From the NCBI RefSeq assembly GCF_009914755.1, contig NC_060932.1: DNA of 64,000 nt. One strand, written 5' to 3'. Position numbers and translations under genes: made by a program. Under the pieces are notes generated by a model. That model had not been told where the DNA came from. It did no database searches and was given only the letters and a program-made list of their open reading frames with translations. The DNA is from the human T2T-CHM13v2.0 reference genome, Homo sapiens. This document shows, piece by piece, positions 1 through 11,892 of the stretch. Numbering within the stretch: the first letter of the stretch is position 1; each line of letters opens with the position of its first letter.

Positions 1-250
1 ATCCTAAGGACAATAGATGAACTCTGAAAGGCTTTAAGCTTGAGCAGGGGGAGGGGATATAATATTTTCGTTAAATTGAGACCAGATATAATTTTAGGAA
101 TCAGGAGGTTCTTGAAATAGTTCAGGGGATCACTGATGATGGTTTAGCTAGAGATAAGTAAAGTTGATGAATCCAAGATGCTGAGAAAGCAATATGACAG
201 GTCTTGGTGAAGGATTGTTACAGAGATTGAGAGAAAGGAATGTCTTGTAG
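1..250 (-). mobile_element. L2 LINE fragment, highly diverged
   Basis: Purine-rich stretch resembling antisense L2 (ctgaaaggctttaagc...gcaggg; gacaggtcttggtga). Confidence 0.45.
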
Positions 251-461
251 CTGAAGAGGTGTTTTGATTGTGCACAGGATACAGAGGGGCCACCCACTGA
301 GCAGTCTGAGAAGACACTCTTTGCAAAAAAGCCTTAATATTGAATTTTGCTTGGGTTTATAATTGACTGTTCCCATTTTTATTAATATTATTATTTAATA
401 TAGACCAAAATCTCAATACTCTTATTAGAGAAAAATTCTCAAAAAAAGTTCCAAAAATCAG

Positions 462-1672
462 TATGCAGAAAATTGATACTGAACCCCTTCTTTACACCAT
501 ATACAAAAATCAACTCAAGATGGATTAAACACTTAAATGTAAAACCCAAAGCTATAAAAAACCTAGAAGAAAATCTTGGCAATACCATTTAGGACATAGG
601 CACAGGCAAAGATTTCATAACAAAAATGCCAAAAGCAATTGCAACGAAAGCAAAAATTGACAAATGAGATCTAATTAAACTAAAGAGCTTCTGTGCAGTA
701 AAAGAAACTATCATCAGAGTGAACAGACAACCCACAGAAAGGGAGAAAATTTTTGCAATCTATTCATCTGACAAAAGTCTAATATCCATAACCCACAAGG
801 AACTTAATCAAACTTTACTTCTCTTTAGCTAAACAAAGGATATGAACAGACACTTCTCAAAAGAAGACTTACATGAGGCCAACAGACATATAAAAAAAAG
901 CTCAACATCACTGATCATTAGAGAAATGCAAATCAAAAGCACAAGATACCATCTCACACCAGTCAGAATGGCTATTATTATAAAGTGAAAAAACAGCAGA
1001 TACTGACAAGGTTGTGGAGAAAACGGAAAGCTTTTACACTGCTGGTGGGAGTGTAAATTAGTTCAATTATTGTGGAAGACAGTGTGGTGATTCCTCAAAG
1101 ACCTAGAGGCAGATATACCATTTGACACAGTAATCCCATTACTGGGTATGTACCCAAAGGAAGATAAGTCTTTCTTTTATGAAGATACAGGCACATGTAT
1201 GTCCACTGCAGCACTATTCACAACAGCAAATACATGGAATCAACCCAAATGCCCATCAGTGATAGACTGGGTAAAGAAAATGTGGTACATATACACCATG
1301 GAATGCTATGCACCCATAAAAAAGAATGAGATTATGTCCTTTGTGGGGACATAGATGAAGCTGGAAGACATTATCCTCAGCATACTAACACAGGAACAGA
1401 AAACCAAATACTGCATGCTCTCACAAGTGGGAGCTGAATTATGAGAACACAAGAACACATGGTGGGGAACAACGCACACTGGGGCCTGTCAGAGTGTGGG
1501 GTGGGAGGAGGGAGAGCATCAGAAAGAATAGCTAATGGATGTTGGGCTTAATACCTAGGTGATAAGATGATCTGTGCAGCAAACCACAATGGCACACATT
1601 TACTTATGTAACAAACCTGCACATCCTGCACATGTACTCCTGAACTTAAAAGTTAGAAATAAAAAAAAGAAA
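462..1672 (+). mobile_element. 5'-truncated L1PA (about L1PA13-16): end of ORF2, 3'UTR and A-tail
   Basis: ORF 1148-1354 (WNQPKCPS..DWVKKMWYIYTME) is the L1 ORF2 C-terminus. 3'UTR has ggagagcatcag, ttaatacctaggtgat and gtaacaaacctgcacatcctgcacatgt, then an A-rich tail. Stops and a deletion make it non-coding. Confidence 0.95.
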
Positions 1673-1674
1673 AG

Positions 1675-2700
1675 CAATCAGACTCTAATAGATAAATGGA
1701 CAAAGAATATGAAAAAAGAATTCTTTAAAAAGCAACTATAGTTAATAAATATTTGAATACATGCTCAACCTAATTAGTAATAAAATAAATGCATATTAAT
1801 GTAATAAAATAACTTTTATAATAATAATTTTTTTTAGATGAAGTCTCTGTGTCACCCAGTGCAGTGGCATGATCATAGTTCACTGCACCCTCAAACTCCT
1901 AGTCAAGTCATCTCACCTCAGCCTCCCAGAGTAGCTGGGCTTACTGGTGCGCACCACAATGCCTTGCTAATGTTTTTTCCCAAATGGGGTCTCACTATGT
2001 TGACTAGGCTTAGTCTTAAACTGACTAGGCTGGGTCTTAAACTCCCAGCCTCAAGCAATCCTCCTGCATCCACTTACTTGTAAGTAAAACAAGATGAAAA
2101 CCTTGCTGGTGAAGATAAATGAAACAGGACCTCTGAAAAAATGCCAATAAGCATATAAATTAATACAGTATTGTAGGGAAAAGTTAGCAATAAGTCTCAG
2201 GAGGTTTTTTTAAAATATTGATGGTCCCATGCCTAATAATTCTATGTGTGGGAAAACATCTAATGTAACTGACCAAAACTTTAGATACAGACTTATGTGC
2301 AAAGATGTTCATCACAGACATATGTAATTGCATAATTGCAAAGAAAGAAAAGAAAAAGGAAATGAAATAGTTAAATAGTTCTAATTCCCCAAATTATAAG
2401 TACATAAGTAAATCATGGTATATGTATATGTTGGCATATTATGTGATTGTATTAAGTAATAATTGTGAAGATTTCTTAACAACATAAAAAATTATGATAT
2501 ATGAGCTGGATTAACCAAAGAATACAAAGTTGTAAGTACCATACGTCAATTCCATTGAAATGCATAGATTAAAAACTGAAAGACTGTATGTGAAGTATTA
2601 ATATTGGTTAATTCTGGGGGCTTTACAGTTAACTTATTTTCCATATAATTTTCTGTATTTCCCAAAGATGCAATAATGAATACATATTACATTTTAACTA
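1675..2700 (+). mobile_element. Old L1M (L1ME-like) 3' fragment interrupted by AluJ
   Basis: aaatggacaaagaatatgaa, atgctcaacctaattagtaat, gtgcaaagatgttcatcacag and taaatcatggtatatg match degenerate L1 ORF2/3'UTR. Confidence 0.7.
1827..2075 (-). mobile_element. AluJ-type SINE
   Basis: Poly-T then gtcacccagtgcagtggcatgatcatag, gtctcactatgttg and ctcaagcaatcctcc (AluJ-style antisense). Confidence 0.85.
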
Positions 2701-3274
2701 AGCAAATACATCATGTAAGTCTGGTGTGATATACAGTTCAGATGAGCTCTCAGAAAATTTCCAGTCTGTGATCACAGTAGTATCACTTTAGCAATCACTA
2801 AGAACAATTAATCTATACTCATTGGAGAATAAATTAAAATACAAAAGAATGTAGTAGATATAAAGAAGTCATTGCTTTTCATATGATAAAATACAGTTTA
2901 TAATTAGCATCTTTGTTATTTTTCCTTTGATTTTGTTTCATGTGTAAATTGGGTTATAAATTGGATCTTGAGTTATAAATTAGATCTTATCAGGTTTTTC
3001 TAGCCCACATGACACGTAGTATAAAGTAGATATGGGGGCAATAGAGCAATCTCCTTTCTTTACATCAGTGAGAAAATAGAAATCTGTTGTCTTTTGTTTA
3101 GACATATGACTGATTTTATGTGAAGACTGGGATCAAATATGACCTTCAGTTTCATTCAGACACAATTATGATAATAGTGTAGAATACTGCTACAAAATAA
3201 TTTGAATATATTGCTACCTCTATGTGATTATTTGTTATGCTTATGTTGTCATCTTCATGTTTACATTACTCTCC

Positions 3275-3452
3275 AGAGCGGGTCTCAAACTTTATCAGGT
3301 GTCAGAATCACCAGGCTAGAGGGCCTGTCAAATCAGATTATTATAGTGCACCCTCACAGTGTCTGATTTGGTAAGTCTGGGGCCACTTATGAATTCCCAC
3401 TTCTAACAAGGTCTCAGGTGATTCTGATGCTGCTGGTCTGAAAGCCACTGCT
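3275..3452. mobile_element. MER5A (hAT-Charlie) DNA transposon
   Basis: gtctcaaactt..tcagaatcacc..ttctaacaaggtctcaggtgattctgatgctgctggtc..ccactg. Confidence 0.8.
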
Positions 3453-3991
3453 CCACACTGATCATTTCAACTGGTATTGTAAGCTTACTTAAAGCAGAAG
3501 ATCATCTGTTTTCATCAATAATATTTACTCTAGTCACTTATTTTTTGGAGGTAGGGGGATGGGAGTACTTCTCATTCCCTTCAATGGAAATTTTTGATAA
3601 CAGATACTAATGGCATAAGCACGCCTCCACCTCCAAACAGAAATAAGGCCACAGATCAGTTATATGAAATACAACACTGGTGCCTTTAATTCCTGTTACT
3701 ATGACTGCAGTATGCCCAAGGAATAGTGGCACATCTCACATAAACATTGGGATTATGTGCTCCTTCCTCAATGGCACACATTAATGAATGAACATGAAGT
3801 TTTTTTGTAATAAAACTCTCAGAAGGCGATATCAGGGGATTATCTGTAAAATGTGTAAAAGTTGTCATCAAAGAAAAGATTAAGTATTATATTCTGAGAA
3901 CTTTCAGTCTATACTCCAAGCCTCTCTAGCAGAGTCAGAGCTCTTTACTCTCAGCCTGATTTTAAATGAGTTTTATAAAAAGTATAAAGTC

Positions 3992-4297
3992 AGCCGGGTG
4001 CAGTGGCTCATGCCTGTAATCGCAGCACTTTGGGAAGCTGACACAGGTGGATCATCTGAGGCCAGGAGTTCGAGATCAGCCTGGCCAACATGGTGAAACC
4101 CCATCTCTACTAAAAATACAAAAAAATAAATAAAATAAAATAGCTGGGCATGGTGGCGCATGCCTGTGATCCCAGCTTCTTGGGAGGCTGAGACAGGAGA
4201 ATCGCTTGAACCCAGGAGGTGGAGGTTACACTGAGCTGAGGTGGTACCACTGCAAGACTCCATCTCAAAAAAAAAAAAAAAAAGAAAGAAAAAGAAA
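3992..4297 (+). mobile_element. AluS (AluSx-like) with a small right-arm deletion
   Basis: Dimeric Alu with poly-A. Degenerate TSD aaaagtataaagtc / aagagtgtaaagtc. Lacks the ctccagcctgggcgacagagc block. Confidence 0.95.
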
Positions 4298-4704
4298 AGA
4301 GTGTAAAGTCACTGACCTGAGATCCTACAGGAATAGAGATGAAAACATAATTTTGGATAAATCCATCTAACATTCAATTTAGCTACATTATCTTTCATTT
4401 AATTTATATAGATATGAATTTTATTACATTTGCTTAGTGTTACATATTAAATTCCCATCATTTACATTTGAATCAAGTGAAGCAATATATGTGAAGGAGC
4501 TCAGAAAGAGAGTTCAATACAAATGTAAAAGTGTGATGGTAGTTACTTTTTTTCCATCATCTGAATGAGAGAACTGGACAAAAAGGGTTTAACAAATACC
4601 TCTCTAGGCTCACTGGTACAATCAAGAACATGATGAAAACTCACTATTTCTAAGTGAGTGAGTAAGTGGGACTTAAGAAGTGATTAAGTGAATGAATAAG
4701 AGGG

Positions 4705-4832
4705 AAAATCTTGGACTTTGGAGACAGACTTTTGTTCAAATACAGAACCCATCCTTCCTACATGTGAGGTTTTGGGCAAGCCTCTTAGTCTCTTTGAGCC
4801 TGATCCAGTATGGTGGTGGTAATGATAGCTAC
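4705..4832 (+). mobile_element. MIR, 5' part (split by the MaLR provirus)
   Basis: tggactttggagacagac..gttcaaat..ttgggcaagcctcttagtctctttgagcct is the MIR core. Confidence 0.7.
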
Positions 4833-7612
4833 TGATACAGATACAGTTTGGTTCTGTGTCCCCACCCACATCTCAGGTTGAATTGTAATCCCCAATGTTG
4901 GGGGAGAGTCCTGGTGGGAGGTGATTGGATCTTGGAGGCAGACTTCCCCCTTGCTGTTCTCATGATAATGAGTGTGTTCTCATGAGATCTGATGATTTAA
5001 AAGTGTATAGCACCTCCCTCTTTGCTCTCTCTCTATCTCTTTTGCTCCAATATGGTATGATGTGCTTGCTTCCTCTTCACCTTCTGCCATGATTGCAAGT
5101 TTCCTGAGGCCTCCCAGCCATGCTTACTGTTAAGCCTGTGGAACTTTGAGTCACTTAAACCTCTTTTGTTCATAAATTACCCAGTCTCAGGTGGTTCTTT
5201 TTTTTTTTTTTTTTTGAGATGGAGTCTCGCTTTGTCGCCAGGCTGGAGTGCACTAGCACAATCTCAGCTCACTGCAACCTCCCGACTCCCTGGTTCAAGC
5301 AATTCTCTTGCCTCAGCCTTCCGAGTAGCTGGAATTATAGGCACACACCATCATGTTCAGCTAATTTTTGTATTTTTAGTAGAGACTGGTTTCACTATGT
5401 TGGCCAGGATGGTCTTGATATCCTGACCTTGTGAACCTCCCGCCTTGGCCTCCCAAAGTGCTGGGATTACAGGCATGAGCCACAGCGCCCGGCCTTCAGG
5501 TGGTTCTTTAGAGCAGTGTGAGAACAGACTAATACATAAATTGGTACCAGGGAAATGGGTCATTGCTATAAAGATCCCAGAAAATGTGGAAGCAACTTTG
5601 GAACTGGGTAATGGGCAGAGGTTGGAACTCTTTGGAGGGATCAGAAGACAGGAAGATGAGGGAAACTTTGCAACTTCCTAGAGACTTGTTGAATGGTTGT
5701 GACCCAAATGCTGATAGTGACATAGACAGTGAAGCCCAGGCTGATGTGGCCACTGATAGAGATGAGGAACTTATTGGGGATTGAAGCAAAGGTCACTCTT
5801 GCTGTGCTTTAGCAAAAAGACTGGTGTTATTGTGCCCTTGCTCTAGGGATCTGTGGAATTTTGAACTTGACAGAGATAACTTGGAGTATCAGGTGGAAGA
5901 AATTTCTAAGCAGCAAAGCATTCAAGATGTGGCCTGGCTGTTTCTAAAAGCCTATATTCATTTGCATAAACAAAGATAACATATTTAAAAGAAAAGTAAA
6001 GTATACAAGTTTGGAAAATTTGCAGCCCTTCTATTTTCTGGGGAGGAATTCAAGCTGGTTGCATAAGTTTGCATAAGTAAAGAAGAGCCAGACTTTAATA
6101 GCCAAGAAAATGGGTAAAATGCCTCCAGGTCATTTCAGAGACCTTTGTGGCAGCCTCTCCCATCACAGGCCCAGAGGCCTACGAAGGAAAAAGTTTTGTG
6201 GTCCAGGCCCAGGGCCCTGCTGCTCTGTGCAGCCTCAGCACATGGCTTCTGTGTCCCAGCCACTCTGTTTCCAGCTGTGGCTAAAAGGGGCCAAGGTAAA
6301 GCTTGGGCCATTGCTTCACAGGGTGAAAGCCCCAAGCCTTCGCAGCTTATACATGGCATTGGGCCTGTGAGTACACAGAAGAGAAGAGCTGAGGTTTGGA
6401 AACCTTCACCTAGATTTCAGAGGATGTACGGGAATGCCTGGATGTCCAGGCAGCTGTAGGGGTGGAACCCTTATGGAGAACCTCTACTAGGGCAGTGCAG
6501 AGGGGAAATGTGGGGTTGGAGCTTCCACACAGAGTCCCCACTGGGGCACTGCCTAGTCGAGCTATCAGAAGAGAGCCACTGTCCTCCAGACCCCAGAATG
6601 GTAGATTCACCAACAGTTTGCACTGTGCAGTGGGGTTGGAGCTCCCACACAGAGTCCCCACTGGGGCATGGCCTAGTCGAGCTATGAGAAGAGGGCCACT
6701 GTCCTCCAGACCCAAGAATGATAGATTCATAAGTTTGCACTGTGCACGTGGAAAAGCTGCAGGCACTCAACACCAACCCTTGAAAGCAGCCAAGGGGGCT
6801 GTACCCTGCAGAACCAAAGGGGCAGAGCTGCCCACCCTTAGGAGCCCACCCCTTGAATTAGGGTGCCTTGGATGTGCAACATGAAGTCAAACGAGATTAT
6901 TTTGAAGTCTTAAGATTTCATGATTGCCCTGCTGGGTTTCAGACTTGCATGGGTCCTGTAGCCCCTTTGTTTTGCCCAATTTATCCCTTTTGGAACAGAA
7001 GTATTTACCAAATGCCTGTACCCTCATTGTATCTTGGAAATAACTACCTTTTTTTATTATTTTATTTTACAGGCTCATAGGCAGAAGGGACTTGTCTTGT
7101 CTCAGATGAGACTTTGGACTTGGACTTTTGAGTTAATGCTGAAATGAATGAAAACTTTGGGGGACTGTTGGGAAGGCATGATTGTGTTTTGAAATATGAA
7201 AAGGACATTAGATTTGGGAAGGACCAGGGGAGTAACGATATGGCTTGGGTCTGTGTCCCCACCAAAAACTCATGTTGAATTATAATTCTTAGTGTTGGGA
7301 AAGGGACCTGGTGGAAGGTGATTGTATCATGTGGGCAGATTTCCCCCTTGTTCTCATGACAGTAAATGACTTCTCACAGGATCTGTTGATTTAAAAGTGT
7401 GTGGCACTTCTCCCTTCACCCTCTGTCTCTCCTGCTGCCATGTAGAGAAGGTGCTGGCTTCCCCATCACCTTATGCCATGATTGCAACTTTCCTGAGGCC
7501 TTCTATTAATGCTTCTTGTTAAGATTGAAGAACTGTGAGTCACTTAAACCTCTTTTCTTCATAAAGTCCCCAGTCTCAAGTAGTTATAGCAGCATGAGAA
7601 CAGATTAATACA
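4833..7612 (+). mobile_element. Full-length ERVL-MaLR provirus, THE1D/MSTA-type (5'LTR 4833-5536, internal 5537-7235, 3'LTR 7236-7612)
   Basis: Two homologous LTRs (gata..gtgtccccacc...taataca) flank THE1-type internal sequence (gaaaatgtggaagcaactttggaactgggtaa). A purine tract precedes the 3'LTR. The 5-bp TSD gctac is perfect at 4828-4832 and 7613-7617. Confidence 0.95.
5201..5494 (-). mobile_element. AluSc-like SINE inserted in the 5' LTR
   Basis: Antisense Alu with gtcgccaggctgg and aggatggtc. TSD tcaggtggttcttt at 5187-5200 and 5496-5509. Confidence 0.95.
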
Positions 7613-7617
7613 GCTAC

Positions 7618-7720
7618 TGTTAAGATTGACAGAATTAAATGAAATGAAGTCTGTAGAAAGCACATAGCAAGTTGCACAAATATGTGGCTATATTAGAAAT
7701 CACTAAATTTTATGCATTAT
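7618..7720 (+). mobile_element. MIR, 3' part
   Basis: gaattaaatgaaatgaagtctgtagaaagcacatagca continues the MIR interrupted at 4832. Confidence 0.6.
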
Positions 7721-8766
7721 ACTTACATTTTTAAAATTTAAAAGTGTGAATTTTATGCTATAGGAATGTCAGTGAGAAATAAATTCTATAACAAATTGCC
7801 TCCCATGGAGTGTCACTTAACATAACTTTTTTCTTTCTGCCGTGTAGCCTAATAATTAGGGAATAGTAACTATAGTAAACACATAGCTGGATGGCATAAA
7901 ATGCATTGGGGTTCTGACTTTGTTGAAGATTGCCAGAAGCTTTAAGTCAAGTTACACTAAGAAGAGCATGCATTTTTGAGGGATATCTGGTTAAAAGTGT
8001 AAGATTGAACAGAGTTATCACCATTTCTTTATCAAATAACAATAGTAAAGCAGTAAGAAAATAAAAATGCTATAAAACCACAAAGAAAAAGAGAAGAGAG
8101 GAAATAACAACAAACAAGAAATGTCAATAGCTTTTTGAAAGACAGAATGCTGAAATGCCTTGCAGGAGAAGATACCTGGCTTTTCAGGTGCCAAGGGATT
8201 TCAGATTTGGAGGATTAGGGTGGAATTAAGTATAAGAAAACTGAAAGTCTGTATATCTAAAAGTTAGAACCTGTCTAACTCCTATCCCTTATCCCATGCT
8301 CCCAGATAACAAACCTTTTTCCAATCCTAGTAAGAGAGAGGAGGTTAATTCTCTGGAAAGAAATAGCAAGATTCTAACTTGGGATACAGAAAAGGGTGAG
8401 AAATTGGGCAGAAAACATGGAATGTTAAGGGGAAGTATACTGACTCCAGAGTGAGAACTCCAAATTTCCTCCTCTGGGTTTTCAGAAAGCTCGAGTCCAG
8501 ATTTATACTTCTCATCTCCTTTTCACCACCAAGTAGAATGTTGGAGAATTCCTCTGGAAATACCAGCCAACCACAGGCTCAAGGAATGCACAGCAGCCAC
8601 ATCCCTGTGTAGTCAGCCTGGTGAAAAGCCTGCCCACAGCCACTAAGTATGTATCAGCTTTTCAAGCCTCACTGTCAAATCCGAAAGAATGGCCAAGGAT
8701 CACTAGGTATTTGAGAAATTTATATAGTCTGAAAAATAAGACCAAAACAAAACAAAGTGAAATCCC

Positions 8767-9160
8767 TGTCTTAATTATTAAATATAGGCAAGTTTATGCT
8801 ACACAACAACCTCGACATTTCAGCAGTATAAAATTATGACAACTGGTTTTTCTTCTCTGTATGTGCTCTCATGGGTTGCCAGGCAGGCTCTGCACATTAT
8901 AGTAACTCAGTGACCTAGATGGGTAGAGAAACCATTCTCTTGACCCTGGCCAATCACCATGCCAGGTACAGGGAAAAACTGGAGAGGCTGGAATGAGCAG
9001 TTAAATTCTCTGGACTGGAAGTGACACGTGTTCTTTCTGCTCATTACAATTGTCCTGAAGTGGTCATATGGTTCCATTCAACAACACAGGAATCCAAAGC
9101 AGCATATTACCATGTATGAAGAAGGCAGAAATGTGAAAATATTAGTGAATAGCACCTACA
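8767..9160 (-). mobile_element. MLT1 (K/L-like) MaLR solo LTR
   Basis: ggaagtgacacgtgttctttctgctcatt and aaatattagtgaatagca are typical of antisense MLT1K/L. Confidence 0.7.
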
Positions 9161-9683
9161 AAAAGGAAACAGGTAATTCATGGAAAGTTTTATTTTAAGC
9201 TATAACGAACATACTTGAATACATTTTAAAATATTGTATCCATTAGACAAGAAGAGAATGTCATAAAAAATAGACGAAGAACATAAATTGCCTTTGAAAA
9301 TTAAATTATAGATAATTATATTAAGTTGTATTTAATAAACAGAATTTATATATTATATATAACATATATATTAGATTTATATACATATAATATATAAACT
9401 TGAAAATTCAATAGAGTGAAAACTCAAGAAATTCAATAGAAGTACCTTTAAAAAATAAAATATAAAGAAAAAAATGGGAAAGAAGAGAGTATGCCTATAA
9501 AAATGAAGAACTCCAGTTTTCAACAATTGATTGATACGATTTCCTAAAAAATATAGCCAAGAAAAAATAAGTTAGGAGCTTATCAAATAAGGAAGTCAGT
9601 AAAACTTCCTATGGCCTGGGTTTCCAGATTAGAAAGCTCACCAAGTGCAAGCAGAATAAATAAAGGACTGAATCAAGGCAACT

Positions 9684-10143
9684 TGTGCAAAGGGTCATCC
9701 CTGCCTTTCTAAGTTCTTTCTTCCACCATGGGCATAGAGCCTGGAAACTATATTTTTCCCATGTTTCCTTACCTCAGGATTTTGGTTAAATTTTACCAGT
9801 GAGAAGCGCTCATGAGAGATTTGGAAGGCAGAAGAGAAGGGAAAACTATTATTCCTGGGCAGCGGCTGTGGAGTGGCTCACAGGTATTGGCAAAAGTGGA
9901 GTTTTCCCCACAGTTTTAGATTCTTCTTGAGGACCATCCACTTTGGTGTTGCAGAAAGCTGAGATTCATAATTGCCACCTTCCTGAGGGACCTATACTTA
10001 TTCACTTTCACTCCTCAGTTTTCCAAAGTTTTGTAAACTTATAACCCAATTTATTAAACCCCTTCCTCCTTGAAATACTCTAGAAATATCTAGATGATAC
10101 AGAATACTTGATTCTACATTCCTGAACAAACCTGATGATTATA
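9684..10143 (+). mobile_element. LTR33-like ERVL solo LTR
   Basis: gagatttggaaggcagaag; tattaaaccccttcctccttgaaatac near the 3' end. Confidence 0.65.
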
Positions 10144-10744
10144 GTACATTAGCATGAAATTCCCAAACACCAATGATAAAAGAAGAAATCCTAAAAGCTT
10201 GTCAGAGATGAGATGAGAGGAAAACATTCAAAACTTTACTATCACAATGACCTCAGGTGCTCAACCCTGAACACTAAAAGTAAATGAAGTAATGCCTTCA
10301 AAACAGGCAAAATTATTTCTAGCCTAGAATTTACAATTCTTACATAATATTTTTAGGTAACATGAATTATAAATCTAGAAGTATGATTAATCATGTATGA
10401 AGATAGAGATATTAACAAAAATCAAAGGTCCTCTAAAATGTACTGCTGTGGAGGAATTTTTTTTCTCAGAAAGCAACTGAAGGATGTGATCCCCCAAGTC
10501 TAGAGAGGACACCAAGAAGGTGAAAGACTAGCAGCTAGGGGATCAAGTGCAGGAAAGAGAGAAAGAAAATACCCAGGATGTGTTAGGATGACATATGAGT
10601 AGCAGGACTAGAAGTCAAGAGCCCACATTGGAGGCCAGATGCTCCAGGAAGGATGTCTCCAGAAGAAAATTACCTGCTGTGTTTAATCCTGTTGAAAAGT
10701 GTGGTGTCATAGTGTGAGAAAGTTTGGGAAAGAAGTGGTGATAC

Positions 10745-11135
10745 TGTGGTAGACAGTGTTATTTGTTCGAAAATATTGCTGCATCTCCCTAATACTCTAC
10801 TCTAGGGGAAAAGCACATTTTCTGAATTATCGATGTCAGGAATGGCCAATGCAATGCAAGCAAAAGTAGCACAGCCACTTCTGTATGGAAGTTTGAAAAG
10901 CCATGACAGAATTTTCCGTTCATTCTTTTCTTCCTGCCAGGAGTCCAGCAGGTCAGGTCCTAGATAAAGACTGCTTCTTCATCCCAGGTCCTAGAAAAGG
11001 GAAACCTGGAGGATATCAGCAGCCATTTTGACATGGAAAATAACCCAGCAAGAAATGAGCCTTCATTGTTATAAGTTTCTGGGAATTGGGGGTTATTTGT
11101 TACCTCAGCATAATTTAGCCCAAAGTGACTAAATA
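10745..11135 (+). mobile_element. MLT1J/I-like MaLR solo LTR
   Basis: Starts tgtggtaga. Ends caagaaatgagcctt..gttataag..ggttatttgttacctcagcataatttagcc..tgactaa. Confidence 0.75.
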
Positions 11136-11245
11136 TTTAGAAAACCAAACAATCTAACAAACGAAAGTGGTATTAACACCAAGGCAGTGAAACAGTTGCA
11201 TAAGAAATGAATAGTAGTATACTATATGACTCAAGTATCAGCAAC

Positions 11246-11892
11246 TTATTCACTCAACAGATATGTAATCAGCACTTATTAGAGTGTGTGGATACAGACA
11301 ATAAATAAATATCAAGTAACTATATCAAGTAAATCAGAGAAAAATAAAGCAAGAGGGAAAAAGGCTTGCCATGGGAAGCAGCTATTTTTTACATAAAATG
11401 TACATTTGTACTGAGCTTTAAAGGATGTGAGGGATTGAGCTATGGGGCATCTGAAAGAGGAGTCTTCAAGGAAAGAAAGTAAATCCTCGAGGGGGCAACA
11501 GAGTTGGAATTTTTTAGGACCATTATGGGGACCAGTGTGGCTGAAAAAGATTAGTAAGAGTGACAGAAGATGATGTGATATTGGAGAGGTGGGTGGGGGC
11601 AGGTGGTGCTCCATCTGGGAACTTAACTGCCATTGCAAGGCCCCTGCTCTTACTTAGAATGAATGGGAAGCCATTGAAGGGTTTTGAGCAGGACTGCCCG
11701 GATCTGATGTAAGAGTTTTGAAGCTCACTCTGACTGGTGTGCTGCAAATTTTCAGCAGGTAGAAAAGGGCAGAAGCAGACAGACCAGTTAATAGGCTACT
11801 GCAAAAATTTGGAAAATGAGGGTATCTTGGACTGATGATATAAGAGGATGAGAAGTAGATAGATTTTTGGATGTATTTGGAATGGACAGCCA
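11246..11892 (-). mobile_element. L2a 3' region
   Basis: attcactcaacagatat; atgggaagccattgaagggttttgagcagg; agaccagttaataggctactgca. Confidence 0.85.

Noticed and set aside
1148-1354. ORF with real protein similarity
   Set aside because: It is an L1 ORF2 C-terminal remnant, not a host gene.
2949-2986. 19-bp tandem duplication (a similar one lies near 32125-32172)
   Set aside because: Ordinary slippage duplications with no further structure.
6110-7080. Overlapping 70-140 aa ORFs
   Set aside because: They are fragments of the decayed MaLR internal region.
11485-11497. CTCF-like CCTCGAGGGGGCA
   Set aside because: It has two core mismatches, lies inside L2, and has no supporting upstream motif.
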